Assembly: GCA_002840055.1 (NCBI GenBank)
Contig: PGZJ01000004.1
Location: forward strand, 111,236 to 175,235
Length of the DNA stretch: 64,000 nt
Reading direction: 5' to 3'
Origin: Gammaproteobacteria bacterium HGW-Gammaproteobacteria-11
GTDB taxonomy: Bacteria; Pseudomonadota; Gammaproteobacteria; Pseudomonadales; Pseudomonadaceae
Position numbers and translations under genes: made by a program. Positions 48,653 through 62,886 of the stretch are shown piece by piece. Each line of letters starts with the position of its first letter. Positions within the stretch are counted from its first letter, which is position 1. The notes below the pieces were generated by a model, which was not told the origin of the DNA, did not search any database, and saw nothing but the letters and a program-made list of their open reading frames with translations.

Positions 48653-50791
48653 ATGTCCACTGCCATTGTTTACCAGCGCGATCAGCAGGGTATCGTTACC
48701 CTGACCCTGGATATGCCGGGTCAACGCGCCAATACCATGAATGCCGTTTACCGCGAGGCCATGGTCAGCACGCTGGACCGCCTGGAAGCGGAGTGCACCG
48801 AGATCAGCGGGGTGATCATCACCTCGGCGAAGAAAACCTTTTTTGCCGGCGGCGACCTGAACGAATTGATTCGTGTCAGCCCAACAGAGGCTGAGTCTTT
48901 TTATCGCATGGTGCTGGGCTTGAAAGCCCAATTGCGGCGTTTGGAGACACTGGGTCGCCCGGTGGTCGCCGCGATCAATGGCGCCGCCCTCGGCGGTGGC
49001 TGGGAATTGGCGCTGGCCTGTCATTACCGTATTGCCCTGGACCTGCCGGAGACCCAACTGGGCCTGCCGGAAGTCACCCTCGGCTTGCTCCCGGGCGGTG
49101 GCGGCATTGTGCGTATGGTCCGCTTGCTCGGCGTGGAAAAAGCCTTGCCCTACCTGCTTGAAGGCAAACAGTTGCGCCCGCGCCAGGCCTTCGCCGCCGG
49201 GTTGATCCATGCCCTGGCGGATGATCAGCAGAGCATGCTGGACATGGCCAGGGCCTGGATTCTGGCCAACCCGGATGCCCGTCAACCCTGGGACGACAAG
49301 GGTTACAAGCTGCCCGGTGGGACGCCGGCGCAGCCAGCGCTGGCGCAGATGCTGCCAATCGCCCCGGCGGTCCTGCGCAGCAAGACCCAGGGCTGCTTTC
49401 CGGCACCGGAGAAGATTCTCTGTGCGGCAGTCGAGGGGGCCCAGGTCGACTTTGATACGGCGCAGATCATCGAAACCCGTTACTTCACCGAGCTGGCCTG
49501 TGGTCAGGTCGCCAAGAACATGATTGGTACTTTCTGGTTTCAGCTCAATCAGATCAAGGCAGGGGATTCGCGTCCGGCCGGGCTGCCGAGCCGTCGTATC
49601 GGCAAGCTCGGGGTCATTGGCGCGGGCATGATGGGCGCGGGCATTGCCTACGTGGCCGCCAAGATGGGGCTCGAGGTAGTGCTAAAGGATGTGTCGCTTG
49701 CCGCAGCGGAAAAGGGCAAAGCCTATTCGGCCGGTCTGCTCGATAAACAGCTCGCGCGCGGGCAAATCAGCAGTGATCAGCGCGATCTGTGCCTGGCGCG
49801 CATCAAGGCGACGGCCGATGACAGCGACTTCGCCGGCTGTGAACTGATTATCGAAGCGGTATTTGAAGATCGCGGCCTGAAGGCGCAGGTCATGGCCGCA
49901 GCCGAGCAGCAGGCCCTGCCCGATGCCCTGCTGGCCAGCAACACCTCGACCCTGCCTATCACCGGGCTGGCGCAGGCCGTGACGCGTCAGGACAACTTTA
50001 TCGGTCTGCATTTTTTCAGTCCGGTCGAGCGCATGCCGCTGGTCGAGATCATTCGAGGTGCGCAGACCAGTGATCAGACTCTGGCACGGGCCTTTGACTT
50101 TGTCATGCAGATCAACAAGACCCCGATAGTGGTCAACGACAGCCGCGGTTTCTTTACTTCGCGGGTGTTCAGTACCTATACCAGTGAAGGCATTGCCATG
50201 CTCGGTGAAGGTGTGCCGGCGGCGCTGATCGAGAACCTGGCCCGCCAGACCGGCATGCCGGTGGGGCCGCTGGCGGTATCCGACGAGGTGTCCCTGAGCC
50301 TGATGAGTCATATCCGCGAGCAGACGCGCAAGGATTTGCTCGCCGAAGGCCAGGCTGTGCCAGCGCACCCGGCCTTTGCGGTGATTGACCGTATGCTTGA
50401 ACTGCAGCGGGCCGGCAAGGCGGCCGGTGGCGGTTTCTATGACTATCCGGCGGGCGGCAAAAAACAGCTATGGCCTGGCTTGACCAAGGAGTTTGGCTCA
50501 GCAGCGTCACTGCCGCTGGAGGATGTGCGTGACCGCCTGCTCTTTGTACAGGCGCTGGAAACCGTGCGCTGCCTGCAGGAGGGGGTGCTGCAATCCACGG
50601 CTGATGCCAATGTCGGCTCGATTTTCGGTATCGGTTTTGCTGCCTGGACCGGTGGTGCGCTGCAGTACATCAATCAGTATCCGTTGACCGCCTTTGTCAC
50701 CCGCGCCAATGTCCTGGCAGAGCGCTATGGCGAACGTTTCCAGCCACCGGAGCTGTTGTTGCACAAGGCCGCCAGCGGCGAGCTGTTCTGA
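48653..50791 (+). CDS. Enoyl-CoA hydratase/3-hydroxyacyl-CoA dehydrogenase (FadB/FadJ-like)
   Basis: GGGWELAL, GLPEV.LG, GAGMMGAG, SNTSTLPI, HFFSPV; AGGAG RBS. Confidence 0.94.
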   Translation: MSTAIVYQRDQQGIVTLTLDMPGQRANTMNAVYREAMVSTLDRLEAECTEISGVIITSAKKTFFAGGDLNELIRVSPTEAESFYRMVLGLKAQLRRLETLGRPVVAAINGAALGGGWELALACHYRIALDLPETQLGLPEVTLGLLPGGGGIVRMVRLLGVEKALPYLLEGKQLRPRQAFAAGLIHALADDQQSMLDMARAWILANPDARQPWDDKGYKLPGGTPAQPALAQMLPIAPAVLRSKTQGCFPAPEKILCAAVEGAQVDFDTAQIIETRYFTELACGQVAKNMIGTFWFQLNQIKAGDSRPAGLPSRRIGKLGVIGAGMMGAGIAYVAAKMGLEVVLKDVSLAAAEKGKAYSAGLLDKQLARGQISSDQRDLCLARIKATADDSDFAGCELIIEAVFEDRGLKAQVMAAAEQQALPDALLASNTSTLPITGLAQAVTRQDNFIGLHFFSPVERMPLVEIIRGAQTSDQTLARAFDFVMQINKTPIVVNDSRGFFTSRVFSTYTSEGIAMLGEGVPAALIENLARQTGMPVGPLAVSDEVSLSLMSHIREQTRKDLLAEGQAVPAHPAFAVIDRMLELQRAGKAAGGGFYDYPAGGKKQLWPGLTKEFGSAASLPLEDVRDRLLFVQALETVRCLQEGVLQSTADANVGSIFGIGFAAWTGGALQYINQYPLTAFVTRANVLAERYGERFQPPELLLHKAASGELF

Positions 50792-50797
50792 TCGGGC

Positions 50798-51136
50798 TCA
50801 GACCGCCAACGGCTCGGTTCGGGCCGCCATGATCAGGTCATTGTGGTGCACACCGCGCAGGCTGTGACTCCACCAACTGACCTTGACCTTGCCCCATTCG
50901 GTCAGCAGGGCAGGGTGATGGCCAACGGATTCGGCCAGTGCCGCCACCCGATTGCTGAAGGCCATGGCATCGAGAAAGTTTTCAAAGGCATAGTCCTTCT
51001 CGATACGGCTGATACCCTCGACTACGCGCACCTGCCAGCCGGGCAGGGCACTGAGCGCCTCGGTCAGTGTGGCAGCGTCCAGCGCACGGGCCTTGGGGTC
51101 GTCAAATACCAATGTTTGTGTTTTCAGGTCCTGCAT
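50798..51136 (-). CDS. phhB: Pterin-4a-carbinolamine dehydratase
   Basis: AE..GHHPALLTEWGKV.V.WWSH...G.H.ND.IMAARTE. Confidence 0.9.
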   Translation of the reverse strand: MQDLKTQTLVFDDPKARALDAATLTEALSALPGWQVRVVEGISRIEKDYAFENFLDAMAFSNRVAALAESVGHHPALLTEWGKVKVSWWSHSLRGVHHNDLIMAARTEPLAV

Positions 51137-51293
51137 GCGTCACCCCTTTCAGAATCATCTACCTCAACACTAGCCCACAATGACGGCGATTGCCTCGGCA
51201 CGCGCAGCCCACTGATACCTTGGTCGAATGGCTCGCGGGGCAGAGTCCGTAGACACTGCATGGCAACTGTATAAAAGCTTGCCGAGGTGCTCC

Positions 51294-53255
<1,962 letters not shown>

Positions 53256-53297
53256 GTTCCTGGCGCCGGGGCCAATGTGATAGCGCCATTCTCCTTT

Positions 53298-53329
53298 GCT
53301 GCGACCCGCCCGGCAGGCGCAGCTTTTTT
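53298..53329 (+). terminator. Probable intrinsic terminator after acs
   Basis: GCTGCG...CGCAGC followed by T6. Confidence 0.55.
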
Positions 53330-53437
53330 ACCTGCACAGTTGCCTGTTATTTCCAGCGCCAGCTGTGACTGTGGTTAGCCGCAGCACTGGCCTAGACTTG
53401 GCTGGATAATCCTTCCGTTGCTGTGAGTAGTCCTACC

Positions 53438-54418
53438 ATGCATGTTTCATCCGGCCGCTGGCTCTATGGCTTTGTTCTGACCCTGCTGACCACCGTACTC
53501 TGGGCGGTGCTGCCGATCATGCTCAAGGAAGTGCTCAAGGGCATGGACCCCTATACCGTCACCTGGTATAGGCTGTTCAGTGCCGGTGTGCTGCTGTTTA
53601 TCCTGCTGCTGGTGCGTGGTCGCCTGCCCTCGCTGCGCGCGCTGTCCAGCCGTAACCGCTGGCTGCTGGCGCTGGCCATTGTCGGCCTGACACTCAATTA
53701 TGTGCTGTATCTCATGGGTCTGGCGCGCCTGACCCCTGGCACCATGCAACTGATGATACAGACCGCTCCCATCATGCTGATGTTTGGCAGCCTGCTGGTG
53801 TTCCGCGAGCGCTTTGGTCTGGGCCAGATGCTCGGTGTGCTGGTGCTGCTGCCGGGCTTTGTGCTGTTCTTCAACCAGCGCTTGCTTGAGCTCCTTACCC
53901 AGATGAGCAGCTTTACCCTGGGTATTCTGATTACCCTGGCATCGGCCTTGGCCTGGGCACTCTATGGGCTGGCGCAGAAACAGTTGCTGACGGTCTGGTC
54001 GTCAGTCGGCGTGATGATGGTCATCTACCTGGCCTGCTCGTTACTGCTGCTGCCGCTGTCGGCGCCCCTGACGATTCTCAATCTGAGCTCATTGCAGTTC
54101 TGGCTGCTGATGGCCTGCTGTCTGAATACCCTGATTGCCTATGGCGCCTTTGCCGAAGCCCTGGCGCACTGGGAAGCCTCTCGGGTCAGCGCGACCATTG
54201 CCACCACGCCACTCTTCACCTTTGCCATGGTGGCCCTGGGTTCAATGCTGTGGCCCAGTGTGGTGCAGCCTGAGCTGCTTAACAGTCTGGCTTATCTGGG
54301 CGCGCTGATGGTGGTCGGTGGTTCAGCCATGGTGGCGCTGGCCCCGAGCCTGATGCAGAAGCTGCGCGATCGGCGCTTGCGCAGACTCAGTGTGACGCCA
54401 CCGCCGGCAGCATCATGA
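53438..54418 (+). CDS. DMT/EamA family transporter
   Basis: 10 TM helices in two EamA repeats; WEASRVSA. Confidence 0.88.
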   Translation: MHVSSGRWLYGFVLTLLTTVLWAVLPIMLKEVLKGMDPYTVTWYRLFSAGVLLFILLLVRGRLPSLRALSSRNRWLLALAIVGLTLNYVLYLMGLARLTPGTMQLMIQTAPIMLMFGSLLVFRERFGLGQMLGVLVLLPGFVLFFNQRLLELLTQMSSFTLGILITLASALAWALYGLAQKQLLTVWSSVGVMMVIYLACSLLLLPLSAPLTILNLSSLQFWLLMACCLNTLIAYGAFAEALAHWEASRVSATIATTPLFTFAMVALGSMLWPSVVQPELLNSLAYLGALMVVGGSAMVALAPSLMQKLRDRRLRRLSVTPPPAAS

Positions 54419-55813
54419 ACTGCTTGTGCCCCGGCCGAGCATATCCTGCGGCCTGACCGCCTGATCAAAGGCCTGTTCATCCAGATAACCCAGCGACATG
54501 GCAGCTGCTTTCAGGCTGGTGCCTTCGGCATAGGCCTTCTTGGCAATCTCCGCGGCCTGGTCATAGCCAATCACCGGATTCAGGGCCGTGACCAGCATCA
54601 GGCTGTTATCGAGCAACTGCTGCATGCGCTCGACATCCGGCACCAGGCCCTCGATACAGTGCTGGCGGAAACTGCGGCAGCCATCACTGAGCAGGCGGAT
54701 GGATTGCAACAGACTATGGATGATGACCGGTTTATAGACGTTCAGCTGCAACTGGCCCTGGCTGGCAGCCATGCCCAGGGTCAGATCGTTACCCATGACC
54801 TGACAGGCGATCATCGACAGGGCTTCACACTGGGTCGGATTGACCTTGCCGGGCATGATCGAACTGCCCGGCTCATTTGCTGGCAGGCGGATTTCCGCCA
54901 GGCCGGCCCGTGGCCCGCTGGCCAGCAGGCGCAGATCATTGGCCAGCTTCATCAGGGTCACCGCCAGTTGCTTGCAGGCGCTGTGCAGACGGACCAGAGG
55001 TTCATGACCACTGAGGGCGGCAAAGGTATTGTCGGCATGACGAAAGGGTAGCCCGGTCAGATCGGCAATCTCGAAGGCCACCAACCGGGCAAAGTCAGGC
55101 GGGCAGTTCAAGCCGGTGCCCACTGCCGTGCCACCCTGAGCCAGGGCCATAACATCCGGCAGACTCTGCTGCACGGCCAACAGTCCCATATCCAGTTGGG
55201 CAACAAAGGCGGATAACTCCTGCCCAAAGGTCAAAGGCGTGGCGTCCATCATATGCGTGCGCCCCAGCTTGATCAGCCCGGCATGCTCCTCGGCCAGTGT
55301 GTGCAAAGCGTCGCGCAGGTCTTGCACACTGGGCAAAAGTTGCTCTGTGGTCTGTTGCGCGGCAGCGATGTGCATGGCGGTTGGAAAGGTGTCGTTGGAG
55401 CTTTGCGAGCGGTTGACATGGTCGTTCGGGTGCACCGGCGACTTGCCACCACGTGGTTGCCCGGCCAGTTCATTGGCCCGGCCGGCAATCACCTCGTTGA
55501 CGTTCATGTTGCTCTGCGTACCGCTACCGGTCTGCCACACCGAGAGCGGGAAGTGAGCGTCCAGTTCCCCGCGGATGACCTCGTCAGCGGCCTGTTCAAT
55601 CAGTCCCGCGAGTTCAGCATCCAGTTGACCCAGTTGCCGGTTGGTACGCGCAGCGGCCTTCTTGATCAGCCCCAGGGCATGCACCACCGGCAGCGGGATC
55701 TGCTCTTCGCCGATGGCAAAGTAGTGCAGCGAGCGTTGGGTTTGGGCGCCCCAGTAGTGCTCGGACTGAACGGCAATCTCACCCATGCTGTCGGATTCGG
55801 TACGCGTGTTCAT
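54413..55813 (-). CDS. fumC: Class II fumarate hydratase
   Basis: [33 protein letters not shown]. Confidence 0.96.
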   Translation of the reverse strand: MNTRTESDSMGEIAVQSEHYWGAQTQRSLHYFAIGEEQIPLPVVHALGLIKKAAARTNRQLGQLDAELAGLIEQAADEVIRGELDAHFPLSVWQTGSGTQSNMNVNEVIAGRANELAGQPRGGKSPVHPNDHVNRSQSSNDTFPTAMHIAAAQQTTEQLLPSVQDLRDALHTLAEEHAGLIKLGRTHMMDATPLTFGQELSAFVAQLDMGLLAVQQSLPDVMALAQGGTAVGTGLNCPPDFARLVAFEIADLTGLPFRHADNTFAALSGHEPLVRLHSACKQLAVTLMKLANDLRLLASGPRAGLAEIRLPANEPGSSIMPGKVNPTQCEALSMIACQVMGNDLTLGMAASQGQLQLNVYKPVIIHSLLQSIRLLSDGCRSFRQHCIEGLVPDVERMQQLLDNSLMLVTALNPVIGYDQAAEIAKKAYAEGTSLKAAAMSLGYLDEQAFDQAVRPQDMLGRGTSSS

Positions 55814-55897
55814 CAGTACTCCCCAATATCGTGGAATCGATGTGTTCAGGCTGTCAGTATAGGCGTCCATTACCGTGAAAAGGTTGGGAGCAAGAAC

Positions 55898-56407
55898 ATG
55901 CGAATAGTCACCGGGTTGTTGATTGCCTGTTGCTGGAGTTCATTGGCCCTCGCCGATACAGCCTCGCATCGGGCCAGTGCCGAGCGCTTTCTCAAGCTGG
56001 CCAATGCCGACGGCATGGGTGCGCCGGTCTATCAGCAGGTGGAGCGGCTGATGACTGCGCAGTTCGCACAGATGGGCGGCTCCATGCAGTACGAGCACCT
56101 GTTGCGCGATTATCAGCAGCGCGCCCGTGCGGTGGTGGATGAGGCGATGGCCTGGGAGTCCATGCGGGATGAACTGATCGACCTGTATCTGCCGCTGTTC
56201 AGTGAGGCTGAGTTTGACCAGCTATCGGCTTTCTATGAATCCGAGGTGGGCAGCAAGCTGATGCAACATTTGCCGCAACTGACCCGGGATTCGATGGCTG
56301 TCAGTCACAGGCGCGTTGAAAAACAGGTCGGTCCGCAGATTCAGGTTCTGGTTGATGAGATGGCTGTCGAGATCGAAGAGCGTCAGTTGGCGCCGCCGTC
56401 GCCTTGA
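55898..56407 (+). CDS. DUF2059 family exported protein
   Basis: Signal peptide; Y...FSE.E...L..FY.S.VG.K. Confidence 0.82.
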   Translation: MRIVTGLLIACCWSSLALADTASHRASAERFLKLANADGMGAPVYQQVERLMTAQFAQMGGSMQYEHLLRDYQQRARAVVDEAMAWESMRDELIDLYLPLFSEAEFDQLSAFYESEVGSKLMQHLPQLTRDSMAVSHRRVEKQVGPQIQVLVDEMAVEIEERQLAPPSP

Positions 56408-56557
56408 CCTTCCGGACTGGCAATGTGCCGGGTTGCACCTAGCTTCGCTGTTGCAGTCTGATGGCTGACAGGCAAGCAAGTCGTGGCTCGCCCCAAAATG
56501 GAGCATGAAACGCAGGCAGCAGGTATCATGCTGTTCTTTGCGCGATGGGAATAACAC

Positions 56558-57511
56558 ATGCAACGTCGTCATCTGCGCTGGTTGTTGAGCGGCTTCGGTT
56601 GGACCCCGGATACAACCAGCCATCTGGAAAAACTGATATCGGCTCTGGGCGCCACCTTGTCCTTGCTGCTGGTCTACACCATTACCCATCAACTGCTGGA
56701 GGGGGATTCTGCCCTGTGGGTCACGGGCTCGATGGGCGCCTCGGCGGTACTGGTGTTTGCCATGCCGCACGGCATGCTGTCCCAGCCCTGGTCGGTGATT
56801 GGCGGTCATCTGGTCTCGGCTGCAGTCGGACTGGGCTGCGCTACATGGCTACCCTTTGGTCCCTGGGTCGCGGCACTGGCGGTGGGTGGCAGCATCTTTT
56901 TCATGATGCTGCTACGTTGCTTGCATCCACCCGGCGGGGCGACGGCGATGATAGTCGTATTGGGCGGGCCGGTGGTTCAGCAGGCCGGGCTTAGCTTTCT
57001 GCTTTACCCCATACTCTTGGATGCGCTGGTGATCGTGGTGGCCGCCCTGCTGTTCAATAACCTGTTTCACTGGCGGCGCTATCCGCTGGCGCTGGCGCGC
57101 TATCAGGTCAGCAGCAGCCCGGGTATCGCACCGGAAGACTTTCACTATGCGTTACGCAAGATGAATGCCTATCTGGATATTGAATTCGATGATCTGATTC
57201 ATCTGGTGGAACTGGCCAATGAGCATGCAAGCCACCATGGAGTCAGTGAACAGGATCTGGTCGAAGAGGGCTTCTACAGCAATGGCCTGACGGGCGACAA
57301 CTGGTCGGTACGTCAGGTACAGTTTATCCTGCCGCGCCGACGGGGCATGCGTGGTCGCGTGCGCTACAAGGTCGTTGCGGGTGCCGATAGCGGGGTCGAG
57401 GGGCAGGCCAGACTCTCTGAGTTTGCCCGTTGGGCGCGCTACCGGGTAGAGGCGGACGGGGGTGGATGGCACCGCGTCAAACTTGAGACCGCTTCCGCCG
57501 GTCAGACGTGA
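56558..57511 (+). CDS. HPP family membrane protein with a C-terminal soluble extension
   Basis: SMGASAVLVF..P, SQPW, HPPGGATA. Confidence 0.88.
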   Translation: MQRRHLRWLLSGFGWTPDTTSHLEKLISALGATLSLLLVYTITHQLLEGDSALWVTGSMGASAVLVFAMPHGMLSQPWSVIGGHLVSAAVGLGCATWLPFGPWVAALAVGGSIFFMMLLRCLHPPGGATAMIVVLGGPVVQQAGLSFLLYPILLDALVIVVAALLFNNLFHWRRYPLALARYQVSSSPGIAPEDFHYALRKMNAYLDIEFDDLIHLVELANEHASHHGVSEQDLVEEGFYSNGLTGDNWSVRQVQFILPRRRGMRGRVRYKVVAGADSGVEGQARLSEFARWARYRVEADGGGWHRVKLETASAGQT

Positions 57512-57586
57512 GTCAGCCTCCTGCAGCTGACGGGCACCACCAATTCATGAGCAGATTATCCGCATCACTTGCTGGAGAAAGAGACT

Positions 57587-57901
57587 ATGGGTAGCACACA
57601 ACTGGCCTTGCAGCAGGCGTTGCAAAGCCTGACCCCCAAGCACCTTGAGTTGACCAATGAAAGCCATATGCACAGCGTGCCACCCGGCTCGGAGTCGCAT
57701 TTCAAGCTGGTCCTGGTCAGTGACGTCTTTACCGGACTGAATGCCGTCAAGCGCCATCAGGCCGTCTATCGGGCACTGGGCGACTGGATGGGACGTATAC
57801 ATGCCCTGGCGCTGCACACCTATACGCCCGAGGAGTGGGCGCAGCGGCAACAGGCGCCGGCCTCACCCAATTGTCTGGGTGGCAGCAAGGCCGATCACTG
57901 A
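57587..57901 (+). CDS. bolA: BolA family protein
   Basis: NESHMH, ESHFK, HALALHTYTP.EW, SP.CLGG. Confidence 0.92.
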   Translation: MGSTQLALQQALQSLTPKHLELTNESHMHSVPPGSESHFKLVLVSDVFTGLNAVKRHQAVYRALGDWMGRIHALALHTYTPEEWAQRQQAPASPNCLGGSKADH

Positions 57902-58009
57902 CAACCTCCGGTCTGTCCGGCGCTGACGTGATCTTTCACCTCTGCTAGACTCTGCGCCCTTGCAAGGTGCGCCCTTTACGTGGGCGATAACTGAAACAGA
58001 GAGGCATTG

Positions 58010-58954
58010 ATGTCACAGATCGTTGTGGTTGCGTTGTACAAGTTTGTCACCCTTGAAGATTATCCCGAGCTGCGCCAGCCGCTGCTCGACGCGCTGATGG
58101 CCAATGGCGTCAAGGGCACCCTGTTGCTGGCCCGTGAGGGCATCAACGGCACCATAGCCGGCCCGCGCGCCGGCATGGATGCAGTGCTGGCCTGGTTGCG
58201 CCTGGACCCGCGTCTGGCTGATTTGGACTGGAAGGAGTCGCTCTGTGAGGACATGCCTTTCTACCGCACCAAGGTCAAGCTGAAGAAGGAAATCGTTACC
58301 ATAGGCGTGCCCGGGGTCAGCCCGAACGAGCGGGTCGGAACCTATGTCGAGGCGCAGGACTGGAACGCGCTGATCAGTGATCCCGAGGTGCTGCTGATTG
58401 ATACCCGTAACGATTATGAGGTGTCCATTGGTACCTTCGAGGGTGCGGTTGATCCGAAAACCAGCACCTTCCGCGAGTTTCCCGAGTATGTGAAAGCCCA
58501 TTACGACCCGGCCAAACACAAGAAAGTGGCGATGTTCTGTACTGGCGGCATCCGTTGTGAGAAAGCCTCGAGTTTCATGCTGCAGCAGGGCTTTGATCAG
58601 GTCTTTCACCTCAAGGGCGGCATCCTCAAGTACTTTGAAAGCGTGCCGGCTGAGCAGAGTCTGTGGAATGGCGAGTGTTTCGTTTTTGATAACCGCGTCA
58701 CCGTGCGTCATGACCTGGCGCCAGGCTCCTATGATCAGTGTCATGCCTGCCGGCACCCGATTTCGGCCGAGGAGAAGGCCTCCGATCAGTATCAGGAGGG
58801 GGTCAGTTGCCCGCGCTGTTACGCTAGTCTGCCGGAAAAGACCCGGCGCCGGGCAGAGGAGCGGCAAAAGCAGGTACGCCTGGCCAAGTTGCGTAACCAG
58901 CCCCACCCGATAGGCTTGCCACAGGCGCAGGCGTCCCCCAACAGCAAGGACTGA
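58010..58954 (+). CDS. trhO: Rhodanese-domain tRNA uridine(34) hydroxylase TrhO
   Basis: [37 protein letters not shown]. Confidence 0.9.
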   Translation: MSQIVVVALYKFVTLEDYPELRQPLLDALMANGVKGTLLLAREGINGTIAGPRAGMDAVLAWLRLDPRLADLDWKESLCEDMPFYRTKVKLKKEIVTIGVPGVSPNERVGTYVEAQDWNALISDPEVLLIDTRNDYEVSIGTFEGAVDPKTSTFREFPEYVKAHYDPAKHKKVAMFCTGGIRCEKASSFMLQQGFDQVFHLKGGILKYFESVPAEQSLWNGECFVFDNRVTVRHDLAPGSYDQCHACRHPISAEEKASDQYQEGVSCPRCYASLPEKTRRRAEERQKQVRLAKLRNQPHPIGLPQAQASPNSKD

Positions 58955-58966
58955 CGGAGTACTGCC

Positions 58967-59928
<962 letters not shown>

Positions 59929-59943
59929 GGGTTGTGCGGATGC

Positions 59944-59973
59944 AAAAAGGCCGGACAGTGTCCGGCCTTTTTT
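59944..59973. terminator. Bidirectional intrinsic terminator
   Basis: AAAAAGGCCGGACA-G-TGTCCGGCCTTTTTT between convergent genes. Confidence 0.9.
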
Positions 59974-59991
59974 GTGCAGCAGGCGCGACCC

Positions 59992-60582
59992 TTAGTGACG
60001 GGGTGCCAGCAGGGCCGGTTTCGGCTTGTCTTCCGGGGCGTGGAAGAGCAGGAACAGCTGGGTGAGAATTTCGGGAATGTGCTGCATCATGTCCTCGACC
60101 ATGTCCTGGTCCTTGGCAATATCAGCAAATTCCGGCTGGTCATCAAACAGCCCTGAGCCGACCATGATCGGCAACAGCAGCTCGCTGACGGTTTCTTCAT
60201 CCTCGGCAAACCAGTCTTCCTCGCGCAGAAACACACCCTCAAGGAAGCCCACACACCAGCTGCGCAGATCCGAGTAGTCAGGCTCATCGCCCAGGGTCAG
60301 ATCACAGGGTGCTTCAAGGTCTTCGTCACTGGCCAGGTCGCGGGCGATCTGGGCCTTGAGGGCCAGCAGGGCAGATTCGATGTCGGCTTTCTGTGCTTCG
60401 TCCTGGTAGTTGGGCTCTTCGGCGAACAGCTCGGCGATCCATTCGGCTTCAGGCACCTCAACCGGGCTGATGCTCAGGGCGGTGAGATAGCCATGCCCGG
60501 CAAGATAATCCAGCGCTTCATCGTGCAGATCATCGGCATCGAGGAACTGCTCAAGGCGCTCGAGTTGGTCGGCAAAGGACAT
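59992..60582 (-). CDS. YecA/UPF0149 family protein
   Basis: HGYLTAL.I.P and WC.GF.EG; acidic. Confidence 0.85.
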   Translation of the reverse strand: MSFADQLERLEQFLDADDLHDEALDYLAGHGYLTALSISPVEVPEAEWIAELFAEEPNYQDEAQKADIESALLALKAQIARDLASDEDLEAPCDLTLGDEPDYSDLRSWCVGFLEGVFLREEDWFAEDEETVSELLLPIMVGSGLFDDQPEFADIAKDQDMVEDMMQHIPEILTQLFLLFHAPEDKPKPALLAPRH

Positions 60583-60741
60583 GTGACACCTCATCATTGG
60601 AATTGTCTGGCATTGTACGCGCGCCGGTGATTATTTGCCAAAATCCCTTGGTATTTCTGCCGTTGTAGCGGGACCTGGCGGCTGGTGCTGGTATAATTTC
60701 TGCCCATTCTGGCCTGAATCATTCTCAAACAAGGGAGACCC

Positions 60742-62874
60742 ATGCGCGAGCAAGCTCTGGAGCGACTCAAGGCGGTGTTTGGTTATGCCGAATTCCGCGG
60801 TCAGCAGGCTGACATCATTGAGACGGTGGCACAGGGCGGTGATGCGCTGGTATTGATGCCCACCGGCGGCGGCAAGTCGTTGTGTTATCAGATGCCCGGG
60901 CTGCTGCGTGACGGTGTGACTGTGGTGGTGTCGCCCTTGATTGCGCTGATGGACGATCAGGTCGCCACCTTGAACGAGCTGGGTCTCAAGGCAACCGCGC
61001 TGAATTCGACGCTCAGCGATGATCAACAGCGTGAGATTGCCGCGCAATTGCGCCGGGGTGAGCTGGACTTTCTCTATCTGGCCCCCGAACGTCTGCTCAA
61101 GCCACGTACCCTGGATTTTCTGCAAAGTCTGAAGATAGCGCTGTTCGCCATTGATGAGGCGCACTGTGTGTCGCAGTGGGGGCATGACTTCCGTCCCGAG
61201 TACCTGCAGTTGGGGCAGTTGGCTGAGCTGTTTCCCCATGTACCACGCATGGCGCTGACGGCAACCGCCGATGAGCGCACCCAGGGCGATATTACCCAGC
61301 GCCTGAAGCTGGAGCAGGCGCGCTGCTTCATGTCCGGCTTTGATCGGCCGAATATCTTTTACCGTATCGTGCCCAAGGATAAACCGCGGCAGCAGCTGCT
61401 CGGGTTGTTGCAGCGGCATCGCGGCAATGCCGGGATTGTCTATTGTCTGTCACGCCGCAAGGTGGATGAAACGGCGCAATGGCTGAGTGATCAGGGCTGG
61501 CCGGCGTTGCCCTATCATGCCGGGTTGCCGAACGAGCTGCGCGCCTTCCATCAGAAACGCTTTCTCAATGAAGACGGCCTGATTATGGTCGCCACCATCG
61601 CCTTTGGCATGGGTATCGACAAGTCCAACGTACGCTTTGTCGCGCACCTGGATCTGCCCAAGAGTATCGAGGCCTACTACCAGGAAACCGGGCGCGCAGG
61701 CCGTGACGGCTTGCCGGCCGATGCCTGGATGGCCTACGGGCTGCAGGATGTGCTGATGCTCAACCAGATCATGGCCAACTCCGAGGGCGATGAACGGCAC
61801 AAGCGTATCGAGCGGCACAAGCTCGATGCCATGCTCGGACTCTGTGAAATCACCACCTGCCGACGGCAGATGCTGCTCGAGTACTTTGGCGAAAACATGC
61901 CGGAGCCCTGTGGGCATTGTGATAACTGCATTGAGCCGGTCGCTACCTGGGACGGCAGCGAAGCGGCGCGCATGGCGCTGTCGGCCGCCTATCGCAGTGG
62001 TCAGCGCTATGGCGTCGGGCATCTGATCGACATTCTGCTGGGCCGCGACAACGAGAAAATCCGTAGCGCCGGGCACCAGCACCTGTCCACCTATGGCATT
62101 GGTAAACAGCTGACTGAGCAGGAGTGGCGCTCGGTATTTCGTCAGTTGATTGCTCGGGGTCTGGCCGAAATTGACCTGGATGGTTATGGGAGTCTGCGTC
62201 TGGCCGATCAGTGCCGGGCATTGTTGCGTGGAGAGCAGACGCTGGCGCTGCGCCGGGATGTCAGTCGCGCCCCGAGCGTACCGGCGCGCAACGACAAGGC
62301 CATGGTGGCGCCGGCGGATCGGGCTCTCTGGGAGTCGCTGCGCGCCCTGCGCAAGAAACTGGCCGAAGCCCACAGCGTACCGCCCTATGTCATCTTTCCG
62401 GATTCAACCCTGGTCGACATGCTTCGCCAACGGCCCACCACGCTTCAGGATATGGGCTTGGTCAGCGGTATTGGTGCGCACAAGCTGGAGCGTTATGGTG
62501 CGGATTTCCTGCAGGTGTTGCTGGCTGAAGATCAACCCCGGGAAGCGCTGCAGGCGCTGGATGTTGGTCAGCAGGCCCAGGCGCTGGCCATGGCCGGAAT
62601 GGGCGCCGAGCAGATCGCCATGCAGCTGCAGTTGAGTGTCCATCAGGTCTATCTGCATCTGGCCCAGGCGATAGGGCTGGGCAAATTGCCGCTGAGCCGT
62701 GCCATCGAGTTGCCAGCGGGTCAGTTGGAGCGGATTCAGGACGCCTTTCTGAATCTGGCCGAGGAGGATCTGCCTGGCGTCAGGACGCTGGCCAGGGAAC
62801 TGGATGAGCCGGTGGAAGAGGGCGTTCTGCACTGCATTCGCGCCGCCCTCGTTCACGAGATAGCCGGATCCTGA
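60742..62874 (+). CDS. recQ: DNA helicase RecQ
   Basis: [37 protein letters not shown], zinc Cys cluster, RQC, HRDC. Confidence 0.97.
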   Translation: MREQALERLKAVFGYAEFRGQQADIIETVAQGGDALVLMPTGGGKSLCYQMPGLLRDGVTVVVSPLIALMDDQVATLNELGLKATALNSTLSDDQQREIAAQLRRGELDFLYLAPERLLKPRTLDFLQSLKIALFAIDEAHCVSQWGHDFRPEYLQLGQLAELFPHVPRMALTATADERTQGDITQRLKLEQARCFMSGFDRPNIFYRIVPKDKPRQQLLGLLQRHRGNAGIVYCLSRRKVDETAQWLSDQGWPALPYHAGLPNELRAFHQKRFLNEDGLIMVATIAFGMGIDKSNVRFVAHLDLPKSIEAYYQETGRAGRDGLPADAWMAYGLQDVLMLNQIMANSEGDERHKRIERHKLDAMLGLCEITTCRRQMLLEYFGENMPEPCGHCDNCIEPVATWDGSEAARMALSAAYRSGQRYGVGHLIDILLGRDNEKIRSAGHQHLSTYGIGKQLTEQEWRSVFRQLIARGLAEIDLDGYGSLRLADQCRALLRGEQTLALRRDVSRAPSVPARNDKAMVAPADRALWESLRALRKKLAEAHSVPPYVIFPDSTLVDMLRQRPTTLQDMGLVSGIGAHKLERYGADFLQVLLAEDQPREALQALDVGQQAQALAMAGMGAEQIAMQLQLSVHQVYLHLAQAIGLGKLPLSRAIELPAGQLERIQDAFLNLAEEDLPGVRTLARELDEPVEEGVLHCIRAALVHEIAGS

Positions 62875-62886
62875 TCAGACCTTCGA

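Noticed and set aside
62520-62874. C-terminal extension of RecQ beyond HRDC
   Set aside because: A helical extension giving about 710 aa is, from recall, normal for Pseudomonas RecQ
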